A model generated the notes under the pieces. That model saw nothing but the letters and a program-made list of their open reading frames with translations. It made no database searches and was not told the DNA's origin. Positions 11,175-23,767 of a DNA stretch of 64,000 bases are shown piece after piece. Position 1 is the first letter of the stretch. The number at the start of each line of letters is the position of its first letter. Source of the DNA: Octopus bimaculoides. Taxonomy: Eukaryota. The DNA lies in contig NC_068986.1 of NCBI RefSeq assembly GCF_001194135.2, positions 33,186,002 through 33,250,001 on the forward strand, read 5' to 3'. The position numbers and the translations under genes were made by a program.

Positions 11175-11345
11175 GAAATATGGTCCTGACTGCTAGCGGT
11201 AATGTCTTCTGTGTCCAAAAGCAATAAAAAATTTTCCTGAAGATTAGAAATTGTCAGACAAGTCGTGTCTTTCAAACAGCTGTAAGATAATATTAGCGAG
11301 AATCTCGGCAAGTCAATGAGGAGTATTACCAATCATCTCTTAAGA
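11175..11345 (+). mobile_element. Probable Penelope-like terminal repeat fragment with a hammerhead-like core
   Basis: CTGAAGA (11237-11243) ... tcAAA-CAGCTG-TA. A related motif lies at 23260-23320. Confidence 0.35.
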
Positions 11346-11389
11346 CCCAGGTGAGCCGTGTAATCCAGTCGAAGTGCTTGCTGAACAAA

Positions 11390-11489
<100 letters not shown>

Positions 11490-11509
11490 TACATACACAT
11501 GTGTACACA

Positions 11510-11716
11510 CACGAGCGGCTGCTGAAAATTTCTGGCTTTGAGTAAAAGAAAATACAGGAGGATCAGTTAATTATGATCGTATTCCTAGATGTTTTCATCT
11601 GAGATTCACGCACTTATTACAATGGTTCTACAGGTTTTCTAAGCCGGGAGTCTGGGCCTCCAGTCAGGCCTTTCTGGATATTCTTAAAGCTATGAACGTT
11701 TCAGGACCCCCTCGTA
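11510..11716 (-). mobile_element. Mariner-derived MITE
   Basis: Imperfect ~30-bp TIRs (cacgagcggctgctgaaaatttctggcttt / aaagctatgaacgtttcaggaccccctcgTA). The internal minus frame GLENL*NHCNKCVNLR resembles a mariner transposase C-terminus. Confidence 0.8.
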
Positions 11717-12049
11717 TATACACGCGTATCCGAGCGTTCCTGTAAACTTTGTACAGCGCAAAATTACATAAAGCGAAATATATAAAGTGATAATGCTTTC
11801 CGATAGATTTGCTTCAAAACAACATCAAAAGCAATATCAATTTTAAGCAGGAAAATAACAAATTATAAACACATGCAGTGCAATATATCTACATAAAAAA
11901 CATTTGAAGTGGAATACGTTAGAGGATGGATATATAAACATTTTAATACGGTAGAATGGTACGTTTTAATGTGAAAAAGTGAGTCCTGTGGAAAGATTGG
12001 TGAACATAGAATTAAAGTTAGTGGGAAGATAAGTGGCACTGTCTCCTAC

Positions 12050-12700
12050 CTTGTAATTGATCATCATCAACACCAACGTTAGGGGTGAAGAACTTATGCC
12101 AAATTGTTTAATATTAACGACGCGTCATCTTTTTGTAGAACTCATAGTAGTAATGAAGCATATGAAATTCTTGTAATTTTCATGTTACCTTCAGGTTTAA
12201 GGTAGTTATAAACAAATCTTGTAGACCTTCATGCGTTAATACCGTTTGCAATCTATTTAAGAGGAGTTTGTTGAATTTTCGTATTCACATCTTGAATTTT
12301 AGACCTGCTTCGTTTCGAAAAGCATCAGCTCCTTGTTAGATAATTATTCACTATGAGTGGCACTAGCAAGTGTACCACCTCATCACTTATGACTTCTGCA
12401 AAACTTACATCATTTGCAAAGGCCATAATATCTTTTCGAGTTTGATGTAGATTTCCAGCATATTGTAAACTTATACAATTTCTGAAAGTATCTGGCCATA
12501 TATTTTTCAGGGCACCATTCAAATTTGAGAGTTTCACTTCATCTCTTAACTTCCAGAAGTCAGTTTCCGTAGTGTTCATCTCCTCTGTCAATTGTTTTCA
12601 TACGCTGTTTGAAAGTTTTTCTCAGATATGCCTAGGGCTTTGCCGGCACAACCTGATCCAATGACTGCTGCAAATAATTTGCATTATTGGTGATATATTC
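12050..12700 (-). mobile_element. Tigger/pogo-family DDE transposase remnant (C-terminal half)
   Basis: Frameshifted segments NANYLQQSLDQVVP..AYLRKTF (cf. TTSLIQPMDQGVI..YYLR.TF), DFWK...DEVKLSNLNGALKNIWP, HSE*LSNKELML (cf. HGEELTNEDL) and YYEFYKK...WHKFF. Confidence 0.8.
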
Positions 12701-13079
12701 AAATATCACATTATTAGAAACTTCATTAAGTTCACAAGGTAACTTGGTGCATTTTCTAAGAGGTACAATGTTGTGTGGCAAATATTATCGGACTCTATAC
12801 TTATCTACAGCAGGACTAGACACATTGTGTGCGCGCGTGTGTGTGTATGTAAATATACGTAAATTATCTTTTTCATAATCAAAGGAATTTGCGTCTTATT
12901 AATTTAAATTGCACGTGAGAAATAGAATGAACGGTTTAGTTATTCGCGATCCTTTCTACCTGCATCACTGGGAGATTATTCTAATTAAACTAATAAATAT
13001 AAATAATAAAACAAACACCATTTGTTTACCATCGGGAGGACTCATACCTACATTAAGTGTTGGAAAATAAATTTCAGAA

Positions 13080-13420
13080 AATGTGGAGCATTACAAATAT
13101 GTAGTTATATAAAAACGCCACAAATGTTACGTTTACTATGCGACCATCTGTCGGGAGCACTTGGTTAGTTTTCCTATTTCGTAACCAAAGAATGGAGGAA
13201 ATTTTCTGGTTATACTATAAGTTTCTAATCTGGTTGCAGCTCTTTCCGGTTACGGGTGTAGGCATCTCCTTTTTCAGGTCGTGCATGCTATCAGCTTGGA
13301 ATTATTGTGTTTGCTCTCTTTCCCGGCCTCCAGTATTATTTTGCCACTTTCGTCCAGTCTTTTGTTTATTTCCAGCGTCATAAGTTGAACAAGAATATTT
13401 CACTATTGGAGATAGGACCT
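13080..13420 (-). mobile_element. Probable highly decayed Ty3/Gypsy integrase (zinc-binding domain and start of core)
   Basis: With frameshifts the minus strand reads TKVAK*YWRPGKRAN...SC-IAC...LQP...SAPD, resembling the HHCC-region motif YWWPGMR...CxxC...LQP. The minus strand is A-rich. Confidence 0.45.
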
Positions 13421-14029
13421 CGTCCTTTTCGTCTTTCCTCCTTACAGAGCCAAAATAACAAAGATGTACCAGTCAAGTATTGATGTCGATGGTATCCACT
13501 AAGTTCCTTAAAATACCCGTCTTTTGTCTAAATCAGAAATTATCATAACGTAGACAGCTTTCATTTGAGCTACTGAGAGAGGAACTTATCTATAAAGTCG
13601 TTCGACCTGCAAGAAATAACAAGTATTCTCTCCCTCAATTCACACCGTACTGTATTAAATGAATGACAAAATATTCAAATAACGTGGTCCTAAAATTATT
13701 GCCCGAATAAAAAGAAAGGACGATCACGGCTGGAAAATATTTCAAGACTACTCCACCGTTGTCGACTTGTGACTAAAAGACTGAATCTTTGTACAAGTAA
13801 ACAATATCGCTTTGCAAGGAATCGAACCTCTAGCGAATACTCTGCTCTCTGGTACCATAATTCTGAGAAATTCATTTCCATTTCTAAATTATTTGTCCAT
13901 ACCAGCTTTCCTCATTGTTTTAATAGTTTTCTGTTTTCCTTTCCTTTTTTTGTGTGTGTTTTGCAAAAATTTTAACAATTTATTGCGTGTAAATTATAGA
14001 CGTTGCTGTAGGAAGGTGTTGTACTGGCG

Positions 14030-14400
14030 GTGATGGCAGCGGTGGTTGCAATGGTGATGGTTATGGAGGTGTTGGCAGTCTCAGTGGTGATGGTGGTGAT
14101 GGTCGTCGCAATGGTGGTGAGGTGAGATAATATTGGTGTATTTGTTCATGCTGGTTGTTGAGGTCTAATCTTAGGTGGTGGTGGTGGTGGTGGTGGTGGT
14201 AGGGGTGGTGGCTGAATGTTTAGATGTGATGTTGAGGAGGCACTGGTTGTGATGGTGGTGGGGTTGATGGTACTGGTTTTGTTGTAGGGACGGTGGCTGA
14301 GTTTGAGGTGATAGAGGTGGGAGTAGTGTTGATGATAGAAGTGGTAGTGGCTGAGATAATAGTAAAAGTGGTGCCGGTAGGGGCGAGGGTGGCGGTGACA
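14030..14400. repeat. Degenerate (GGT/GTG)n low-complexity tract
   Basis: Direct reading. It produces Pro/Thr-rich pseudo-ORFs. Confidence 0.85.
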
Positions 14401-14645
14401 TAGAAGATATCCTTTCTTTCGTTATTGCTTTCGTTCTTCTTCATTATCTCCTTTAATCTTTCTATCCCTCGCACAAAGTCTTTAGCTTTCACTATCACCT
14501 TTTCTCTCTACCTCCCTCCCAGTCATACTCTCTCTCTCTCTATCTCTCCCTCTCTCTCTCTCTCCCTCCCTCTCTCTCTCTATCTCTCCCNNNNNNNNNN
14601 NNNNNNNNNNNNNNNNNNNNNNNNNNNNNNNNNNNNNNNNNNNNN

Positions 14646-14681
<36 letters not shown>

Positions 14682-15199
14682 CCTTCTTTCAGATACCATT
14701 ATACATTAAATAATACCAGACTACGTTTTTCTACTTTCGCTTTTGGCATTTCCTGTATTCTTGTAATTTTTCCTTCCCTCTTAATCCCGGCGTTTCATTG
14801 GTAATTAGATACATGAAGATATCACTATTGTCATATATTATGACGAGAAGGAGGAAGAGGAAAGAGAGAGAGGGAGAGAGATGAAGAGAGAAAGAGAAAG
14901 AGAGAACTAAAAACATACAAAGAGATAGACAGACAGATGGAGAGACAGACAGAAAGATTTACAGGCACGCAGATAGATATTCAGTCGGAGAAACAATAAA
15001 AAGTAGAGATATAGTAAAAAATATTTCACTGATGATTACACTTTCATACATGCATAGATATATATATATACAAATATATATGCATCCAAACATGCATAAA
15101 TGCATACATATATACATACATACATACATACATACTTATCAACATGCATACATGCATACATACATATTTGCTCACAAACGCACACATATACATATGCAG

Positions 15200-15214
15200 A
15201 TAGATAGATATACC

Positions 15215-15292
<78 letters not shown>
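15200..15292. repeat. (AGAT)n tetranucleotide microsatellite
   Basis: Direct reading of the sequence. Confidence 0.95.
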
Positions 15293-16164
15293 AAAGATGA
15301 GAAAAGAAAGTAGATAATTTTTCCCGTAGTGTAAAATATGAAAATGACTTATGACTTAGGGTTGACGTAAGCAGAAAAGACAAGTAAGCACAAGGAGTGC
15401 ATTCATATATTGACATGGAAGACAGCATACACCTAAAAATGAATGACATAATCAAATCTTATGTTTGCAGCTGTTTCACATACAACAATAAATGATGAAA
15501 AACCTTTGCATCCTCTGCTCCGATAATAGTAAGACTGAGATTATGTTAATAAAATTACTTTGCTGGTTTCTTTGGAGTTGTTAGAAAGCCCTATATTCCA
15601 ATATTTGTCAGAGGAAAGTGAAGCAGTTTGTTTCATAGATACATTTTTCATTAATACTAATGTTGTAAAAGAAAGTGAAGTTCTTTCGGGAGAGATTCAA
15701 ATCTCTATACTTTTCTTCGTCTGTCTGAGGGTATACATCTTTGTACCCAGAATAAATGCATTTGTTAAGAAACCATTAATTTCAGACAGATAATGGTAGT
15801 AATTGTTTAACTATAAGTACTTATAATAATATATTCAATATTTATAACTAAATAAGAATTTATCAGTTTAATAATTTTATTTAAGTCTACGAATATTATT
15901 ATTTCAATTATCCAAACGAATCAGCATTTTACTAACAGATAAAGATATTAAATTTTTGATTGTTTTACATTTCAGTTCTTATTTTTTAAATTTGAAAATA
16001 AAACTGAAAATCAGCAGAAAAGCCATATTAAATCAACAAAACAAATAATATTTCAACGAAACCTAAATAAAATGTAAAGAAAAAAGACACAATAACATTA
16101 AATTATACATTCTGCAGCAGTTGCATAAATATTTAACTTCCTGAAATACAAATCTATAATTAAT

Positions 16165-16310
16165 AAACATGATGATCATAATGATAATGGTGATGCTGAT
16201 AATGATGATGATGACGACGATGATGATGATGATAATGATGTGGAGGAGGAGAAGTAGGTTGTTGATGGACGACAATGATGGTGATGACGATGGTGATGAT
16301 GGTAATAATA

Positions 16311-16367
<57 letters not shown>

Positions 16368-16616
16368 TTAATAGTAATAATAATATAATAATAATTATTA
16401 GTAGTAGTAGTAATAATGTCGATAAGGAAAATAACTATGACAATGACGACGATGACAAAGTTGATGACAACGAGGACGACGTCTACCACCACTACCACCA
16501 TTACCACCATTATGATGGTTTTCATCATGATCATCATCATGATAATCTTTATCATCATCATTGGCATCATCAACATCTCCACCATCATCTTTATCATCAT
16601 CATCATCATCATCATT

Positions 16617-16664
<48 letters not shown>

Positions 16665-16680
16665 TTAACCATCATCACGA
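16165..16680. repeat. Compound (GAT)/(AAT)/(GAC)/(CAT)n microsatellite block
   Basis: Direct reading. It is the source of the poly-His and poly-Met ORFs. Confidence 0.95.
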
Positions 16681-17417
16681 GAGCAAATACGCAATGCTAC
16701 CTTCCAAAATCTCTAAAAATAATTTCGAAACTTTAGCAATAAGATGAAAGTGTAATCAAACTTTAAAGGGTTTTTATTTTGTTTTTGTCATTAGGGTTAA
16801 CGACAACAATATTGTAATGTTATTGAAGGTAGGGGCGCTAGGTAAAGGGTCAGTAGAGGACATGACTGTCACAGAAATGCTAAAGATAACAAGGTCACAA
16901 AAAGAAGATAGCTGCCCATTGCCCTAGTGACGACGACTCTATTTTAACTGTTTTCATTAGTCTGTGACGTTTTAAACACTCTGGTTCCCTTTTGTCTAGT
17001 ATAAAATTGCGACTCAACTCGTTTTTATGGTTATTTTGAAAGAATACATTAACATTTTGTTTTTATGCCTTCAAACACAGAGACCGACTAACGCAACCAA
17101 CCAAAAATTAAACCGACGACACAATGAAAACATGTCAAAATTTTTTTTTTTTAAATACTATTATCTCGTTTACTAACGTCAATAAATGCAGCATTTATTG
17201 CTCTGGAAAAATGCATTTTCCTTGCTTTGTTAATTAATGGAAGTTAGTGTTGTATTATTACTATTTGTTTATTTTCTAAATTTTGTGTTTAGTTTCGTTA
17301 AATAGAGCGAAGGTGACCGAAGCAGTAAGTTACTGGTCAGTGATGCCATGGCAGCTGTTCAAATTTCGACAGCATATTTGTTCAATTTTTTGCTAAAAAT
17401 ATTGTTGTCGCCATTGT

Positions 17418-17500
17418 TCTGGTTGGTGTTGTTAGCCCCAAGGCGCCGGTGATCCAGCAAACCGATGCTCAAAGACGTCTATGCCGTAACCATCACATCA
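17418..17500. mobile_element. Fragment of a fourth interspersed repeat family (related copy at 48880-48990)
   Basis: ttgttagcccc...gatccagcaaacc...ccgtaaccatc resembles gattagttccaggtcagctacgatcgagcagac...ccgtgacaat. Confidence 0.35.
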
Positions 17501-17578
17501 TTCATTCCACACATCAGCGTTCATGAAAGTGTGTTGTTCCTTTCTTAAGACACCAAGCTGTGAAATCTCTCTCTCTCT

Positions 17579-17670
<92 letters not shown>

Positions 17671-17986
17671 NNNNNNNNNNNNNNNNNNNNNNNNNNNNNN
17701 NNNNNNNNNNNNNNNNNNNNNNNNNNNNNNNNNNNNNNNNNNNNNNNNNNNNNNNNNNNNNNNNNNNNNNNNNNNNNNNNNNNNNNNNNNNNNNNNNNNN
17801 NNNNNNNNNNNNNNNNNNNNNNNNNNNNNNNNNNNNNNNNNNNNNNNNNNNNNNNNNNNNNNNNNNNNNNNNNNNNNNNNNNNNNNNNNNNNNNNNNNNN
17901 NNNNNNNNNNNNNNNNNNNNNNNNNNNNNNNNNNNNNNNNNNNNNNNNNNNNNNNNNNNNNNNNNNNNNNNNNNNNNNNNNNNNNN

Positions 17987-18021
<35 letters not shown>

Positions 18022-18627
18022 GAGAATTACAAATGTCACTAAATGCAACTAGGGCGTTAGGAAGAACCTAAAAAGCTACAAATAACAGCTAAACCGCTCT
18101 AATGCTGTACTTAACGCACATAAATGATACCATACACATTAACAGGGACCATAATCGTCCAAAAAGCGCCGATCTAGAATTCCTCATACTGACACATAAG
18201 TTTCATCAATTTCCGTTGCTTCATCAGCTAAGACAGCTCGACTGTTCGACTAATTTCGGACTCGCTGTTTATATTAATTTTATATATTTATATATATATT
18301 CCCTTCGTTAGGCGTTGCGTGAGGATTACGCAATTTCTTGCTGAAGAACCTTCACACATATTTTGTTTATAAGGATCAAGTGTATGCGTTGTACATTAGC
18401 TCCATCAAATCGGTTTTGGCTGTACAGTTTCACAAGTATGCCCCATGATCGCAGAGCAGCGTGAAAACAAATATTTTACTAAAAAATACAGCGTTCTACC
18501 CAGTCTGGGAATTGAAATCACAATTTCGCAATCATGAGTGCAACACTGTATTTCCTAGACCATATACATATACATGTATGTGTATTCGTGTGTGTGTAGA
18601 CACGCACACACACATGCATATGAACAT

Positions 18628-19018
18628 TTGTTGTTGTTGGCACTGCGTCGCTTACGACATCGAGGGTTCCAGTTGATCCGATCAACGGAACAGCCTGCTC
18701 GTGAAATTAACGTGCAAGTGGCTGAGCATTCCACAGACACGTGTACCCTTAACGTAGTTCTCGGGCATATTCAGCGTGACACAGTGTGAGAAGGCTGACC
18801 CTTTGAACTACAGGCACAACCGAAACAGGAAGTAAGAGTGAGAGAAGGTTGTGGTGAAAGAGTACAGCAGGGTTCGCCACCATCCCCTGCCGGAGCCTCG
18901 TGGAGCTTTAGGTGTTTTCGCTCAATAAACACTCCCAACTCCCGGCCTGGGAATCGAGACCGAGATCCTATGAATGCGAGTCCGTTGCCCTAACCACTGG
19001 GCCATTACGCCTCCACAC
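18628..19018 (-). mobile_element. tRNA-derived SINE, family A
   Basis: Colinear with 724-1108 over the whole length. Confidence 0.9.
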
Positions 19019-19739
19019 ATATACATACATATATACATATATGCATACATATATACATATATCTGTGTGTATGTAGGGAGAGTGATGTATTATATCACCT
19101 GAAGTACTTTATTACGTCCCTTTACGTATTCAGTTCAAAATAGACTAAGGCCGACTCCATCTTTTGTCAATGTAGGATCGATAATATAAATTCCAATAAT
19201 ATAGTGAAGCAGAGTTAATCGATTACACCCTCAGCCAAAATTTCTGTCTTTGTGCCAATGACAGCAATCGATAAATTTTACAAGTATGGCCAAAGAGAGT
19301 TAAATATATTCGATGTTTTTAGTGCAGCAAGTGGGACAATGAACTCCGATATTGTAAAACCCTCAATTACGAATAAGCGTTGTCTAATGCTAAAATAATG
19401 TTATGTATAACATTTATCACATAATAAATCTCAACAGCCAATACTGGCATTTAAGATAGACAAAAAGCAACAAATATGGGACTGTGATAGAGACAATTAT
19501 ATCGATCATGCTATTTCAATTCCATTTCATTCCAATATCGGTGCTAACAGTATAAACTTTGAGGTGGTGGTGGTGGTAACATGATACGAACGTAGAATGT
19601 AAGTACATCATCGAATATTGTAATAATTAAAACATATAGCTCGTCAAACAATCGAGAAGAAAGGTGTTATATGCCTAATTTATCGAATATGCATTGAACT
19701 CTTGGTGGCCCAGAAAATGTATGCATCACTTTGCTCCGT

Positions 19740-21145
19740 TCTCAGTTGTTTGAATATATTGTGCTGTTCTATCATGCATGTTGGGATACTCTGTAGGCGT
19801 AAGAAGACTGCACTTGGAGACAACATGATCAATGGTTTCATTTTGTTGTTGACATACACGACATGTTGGGAAGCTGCTGTTCTTTAATATGTTGGCCTGG
19901 TAGTTTTTTGTAGGTAAGCATTGATCTTCGGCTGCTATGATAAACCCTTCTGTTTCAGATTTTAAGCCGGAAGCCATTAGCTATTGATGAGTAAGGGCTT
20001 TGTGAACATCGGTATTATTTGCTTTGCTTGAGTATTTGCCATTGAGAGGTTTTTCTTGCCATTTATCAGTCAGAATATCTAAAGCAGCAGTTTTAGCACG
20101 GGCTTTCATGCGCTTAGCTTTTTCTGCGCTTGTTTCCAGTATGTCTAATTCTGGAATTTGGTGTATTTGGAATTCAATTAGATATTCCTTTGCCTGTTTT
20201 GTTACTGAGTATGATGCTTTCTTGTTTTCATGTTTTGAGACAAGTTTTAGCATCCAGTCCTCAGAGTTTTTCAGGTAGGTGTCTAAACCAATTGTGGCAA
20301 TCGTCATTGTTAATGCCAGTTGTAAAAGTCCACGGCCTCCCTCTTTTCTTGGCAGATAAAGTCGTTCTATATCTGCCTGAGGGTGGTGCATTTTATGCAC
20401 TAACAACAGTTTTCGTATTTTTCTGTCACGATTACATATTTCAATAATTGACCTGTTTATGTTATTGAAACTGTAAGTCACGACTGATATGGCTAAAACA
20501 GTGATCGCTTCGATCCTGTTTCTTGCATTCAACTCTGTCTGAAGTATTGATCTCACCCTGCGATAACATTTTCTTCTGATCCTTTCCCTTATCACCAAAT
20601 GCCTGATTCCGTCCCGTTCAAGTACCCCTAGGTATTTGTAGCTCTCCGCTGGGTCTACCTCTTTTATTACATTCTGCTGGTCAAGGTTAACGTTAGATGT
20701 TTCTGTCATTTTTCCTTTGATAAACATAGCTTTTGCACATTTATCGAGTCCAAATTGCATCCTGATATCATCATTGAATTGTTTAACAATCGCTAGTAAG
20801 CCCTGTAGTTGTTGGTCATATTTTGCAAAGAGCTTTAAATCATCAATGTAAATGAGTTGATTTATATTTTTATTAAACATTTTTATAACCGTACAGTGCA
20901 TCATTGAGCAATTTTGAGAGAGGTATTAAGGCTAGACAAAAGAGGAGTGGTGATAGTGAATCACCTTGGAAAATGTCACAGGAAATTTTTACATCTCCAG
21001 CATTTAGAGATTCATTGTCACTGTTCAAAATTAGTGTGGTTCTCCATGATCTCATACTTGGGGATAAAAGGTTTCGCAGAGTAGGCACTGTCTTATACAT
21101 TTCCAGACATTTCTTAATCCAGCTATGGGTAGGCTCTCAAAAGCA
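19740..21145 (-). mobile_element. R4/Dong-clade non-LTR retrotransposon fragment (RT through CCHC zinc knuckle)
   Basis: AFESL.., DIFQGDSLSPLLFCLALIPLS, QLIYIDDLKLFAK, DIRMQFGLDKC, YKYLGV, LYLPRKEGGRGL, FIIAAEDQCLPT..Y, CRVCQQQNETIDHVVSKC. Frameshifts near 21110 and 20880 and a stop at 19981. Confidence 0.93.
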
Positions 21146-21147
21146 TT

Positions 21148-21317
21148 TATTATTATTATTATTATTATTATTGTTCAGTAGTTTTATTTTTATAACGTGC
21201 TTTCACTTCACTACCGAGCGCAGCTCTGTGCGCCTTGGGTATGTGCTGTGGTTTGCTGTGGTGCTCTTATGTTTACTGTATTGAAAGTGTTTTGCGTAGA
21301 ATGTGTGCAGTACCCAG
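21148..21317 (-). mobile_element. R4/Dong 3' terminal fragment with (TAA)n tail
   Basis: The minus frame reads LGTAHILRKTLSIQ* (21317-21273), followed by a ~100-nt 3' UTR and (TAA)n at 21148-21172. Confidence 0.85.
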
Positions 21318-22184
21318 ACTGTCATTATTTTGGGGTCGATAAATAAAGCCTCAGTAAATTTCTAGAGTCGATTAATTATTCTGTTCTCTCAAAATGCCTC
21401 ACCTTCTGTCTATATAAAAAAAAAACTATTAAAGTAAAAATGGCGATGGAGAGCGTTGTTACTCTTTAAATCTCGTGTTCAAATCTCGCTGACGTCGACT
21501 TGGCATTTCATTTTCTCGTGATCGATAACATACAGCTACTCATGTACAGATGATGATATGGTCTGATATAATTTAATATATTCTACCGTAGCCAGCCCCT
21601 AAAAGCTATTCCATCTTGTGGCTATTTTAGAAACAATAATTACCAAAGGAATTCAAAATTGGAAGAAATTAAACCCTGCCGTATTAAAAGTAAATCTGAT
21701 ATGAATTGCGACAGACGAAAGGGTGTGGTGCTCATGATAAATATAATAATAAAACAAGAAATCAATGCAACACATTTAAGCTGGCTTCAAATCAATCATT
21801 GAAACAAGAGTAACATTAGCAGAAACACACCATCACAAACGCGAACAACAGCAGTTAACAGCGACAGAAACCTTTACTCCGGAAGAAGAGACATCGACAA
21901 CAATAACAACAGCAATCACACAAAAAAAAATCGATAAATATTATTAGCAACTTGGTAAAAAGAGTGCGAGAATAACAACAAAAAACACACTAGAAAATAA
22001 TAATTGAAGATGTAATCGAAGTTATATGGGTTTTTACAGTGTTCTTTGATTAGATAATGTTTGGAGCAAATGAAATTTTGCGGATGATGAATGCCGCATA
22101 TTTGTTTTATGACATGCTGTCTCAGTTGTTTTACTTTTGTTTCTATTATTGAAGTGGCTCTAAGCCAATACGAACGAGAAGACT

Positions 22185-22300
22185 ATTATTATTATTATTA
22201 TTATTATTATTACTGTTTATTATTGTTATTATTATTATTATTATTATTATCATCATCATCATCATCATTATCATATAATGATATCATTATTATTACTACT
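22185..22300. repeat. (ATT)/(ATC)n microsatellite
   Basis: Direct reading of the sequence. Confidence 0.9.
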
Positions 22301-22308
22301 ATTATAAT

Positions 22309-22520
22309 GCAGCGTGCTGGCAGAGTCATTAGCACGCTGGACGAAGTACTTAGCGATATTTCACCCGTCACTACGTTCTGAGTTCAAGTTCCGCTGAGGT
22401 CGACTTTGCCTCTCATACTTTCGGTTTCAATAAATTAAGTACCAGTGAAACACTGCGATCGATGTAATCGACTCATCCCCTCCCCCAGAATTTCAGGCCT
22501 TATGCCTATAGTAGAAAGGA

Positions 22521-22557
<37 letters not shown>

Positions 22558-22560
22558 CAT
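22309..22560 (+). mobile_element. SINE family C, full length, tail type 1 plus (ATT)n
   Basis: Same head, core and tail as 3836-4059. Confidence 0.85.
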
Positions 22561-22562
22561 TA

Positions 22563-22651
22563 GGCGGTGAGCTGGCAGAATCGTTAGCACATTGGACGAA
22601 ATACTTAGCGGTATTTCGCCTGTCGCTACGTTCTGAGTTCAAATTCCGTCG
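22563..22651 (+). mobile_element. SINE family C, head only, in tandem with the previous copy
   Basis: ggcggtgagctggcagaatcgttagcac...gttctgagttcaaattcc. Confidence 0.85.
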
Positions 22652-23054
22652 TACTAAATGAGTTCATAGCTTAAATGTTATAGAACATGTCTCGAGACTA
22701 AATACGGAGTTCAAGTCGAATTATGTTAAATTTTGCTTTTCTTCTCTTCGGGGCGACCAGTTTGCTATCAGACCAGAAGTTTCAAAGTCAAATTAAAAAT
22801 CGTTTCTCCTTTCCTTAGTTTCTCAACTCCTAATGCATTCATAGAGAACGGCAACCTTATGATACACATGGCTGAAGTGTCGTAAGTATATAACTTTTAG
22901 TACTAGACTAGTAATTTAAACATCGACTCCAAAAGATAAGCCAAACTTGAATATGGCAAGATTTCAATCCACAACTTAAAAAGAATAATACTGATTTTTC
23001 TGACAATCCAGCTTCCACAACCAAATTTTATACCCACATATGCACACACAAACA

Positions 23055-23340
23055 CTGATAAAATAACATTTTACTGCACCTTTCGTATTTGAGTACTATT
23101 TTGTTCAAATTTGTGTTGCACATATATATGATTACTTGTATATATGTATGCATATATTTTTCCCAGTTTTTTCCTCCTGATGAAGGAAGCCGGTATTATG
23201 GTAATGTCAGTATGCGACTATTTACAAATTGAATATCCTTAACTTTTTGCACATTCTATCTGATGATTAGGAACATTATGATTATTGCGTAATTCCAAGC
23301 TCTCCAAAACAGATATCGAGGTAAGAATACTAAACGTTCT
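23055..23340 (+). mobile_element. Probable Penelope-like terminal repeat remnant with CTGATGA cores
   Basis: CTGATGA at 23177 and 23260. The flanking gagtactattt motif is shared with 6720-6735. Confidence 0.35.
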
Positions 23341-23551
23341 CTGCTTAGTATTCTTTATTTTTTATGCTCCATGTAAATGTAAATTCATTTGTCTAAATAT
23401 ATTCAAAGATTTATATGCTTGTACATGTGTGTTTACGTTCAGAATATATTAAATTATTTGTATCTATCCAAGCCTTTATATCTATCTATCTATCTATCTA
23501 TCTATATCTATACATTCATATGTGTATATGTATATTTATCTATATCAACCC

Positions 23552-23727
23552 ATGACTGCAGCCATGGTGTTGTGTTGCATCATCTTCGAGAATGTTTAAT
23601 CTAATCAATCGATCCCAAAACTTATTTTATCTCTTTAAGCTTGGTACTTATTCTATCCGTCTCTTGCCGAACCACTAAGTCACAGTGACGTAAAGATATC
23701 AACACAGACACAGCAATACATACAAAT

Positions 23728-23767
<40 letters not shown>

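Noticed and set aside
14171-14498. Mucin-like Thr/Pro-rich ORFs
   Set aside because: They derive from a degenerate (GGT)n tract, with no signal peptide or splice support.
15471-15793. Acceptor tttgcAG at 15470 and ORF 15560-15793
   Set aside because: The 58-nt exon candidate has stops in all frames, and the ORF has no recognisable homology or splice support.
16160-16747. Poly-His/poly-Met/poly-Asn ORFs resembling histidine-rich or biomineralisation proteins
   Set aside because: They are pure compound trinucleotide microsatellite, open on both strands in several frames, and the same architecture recurs throughout the window.
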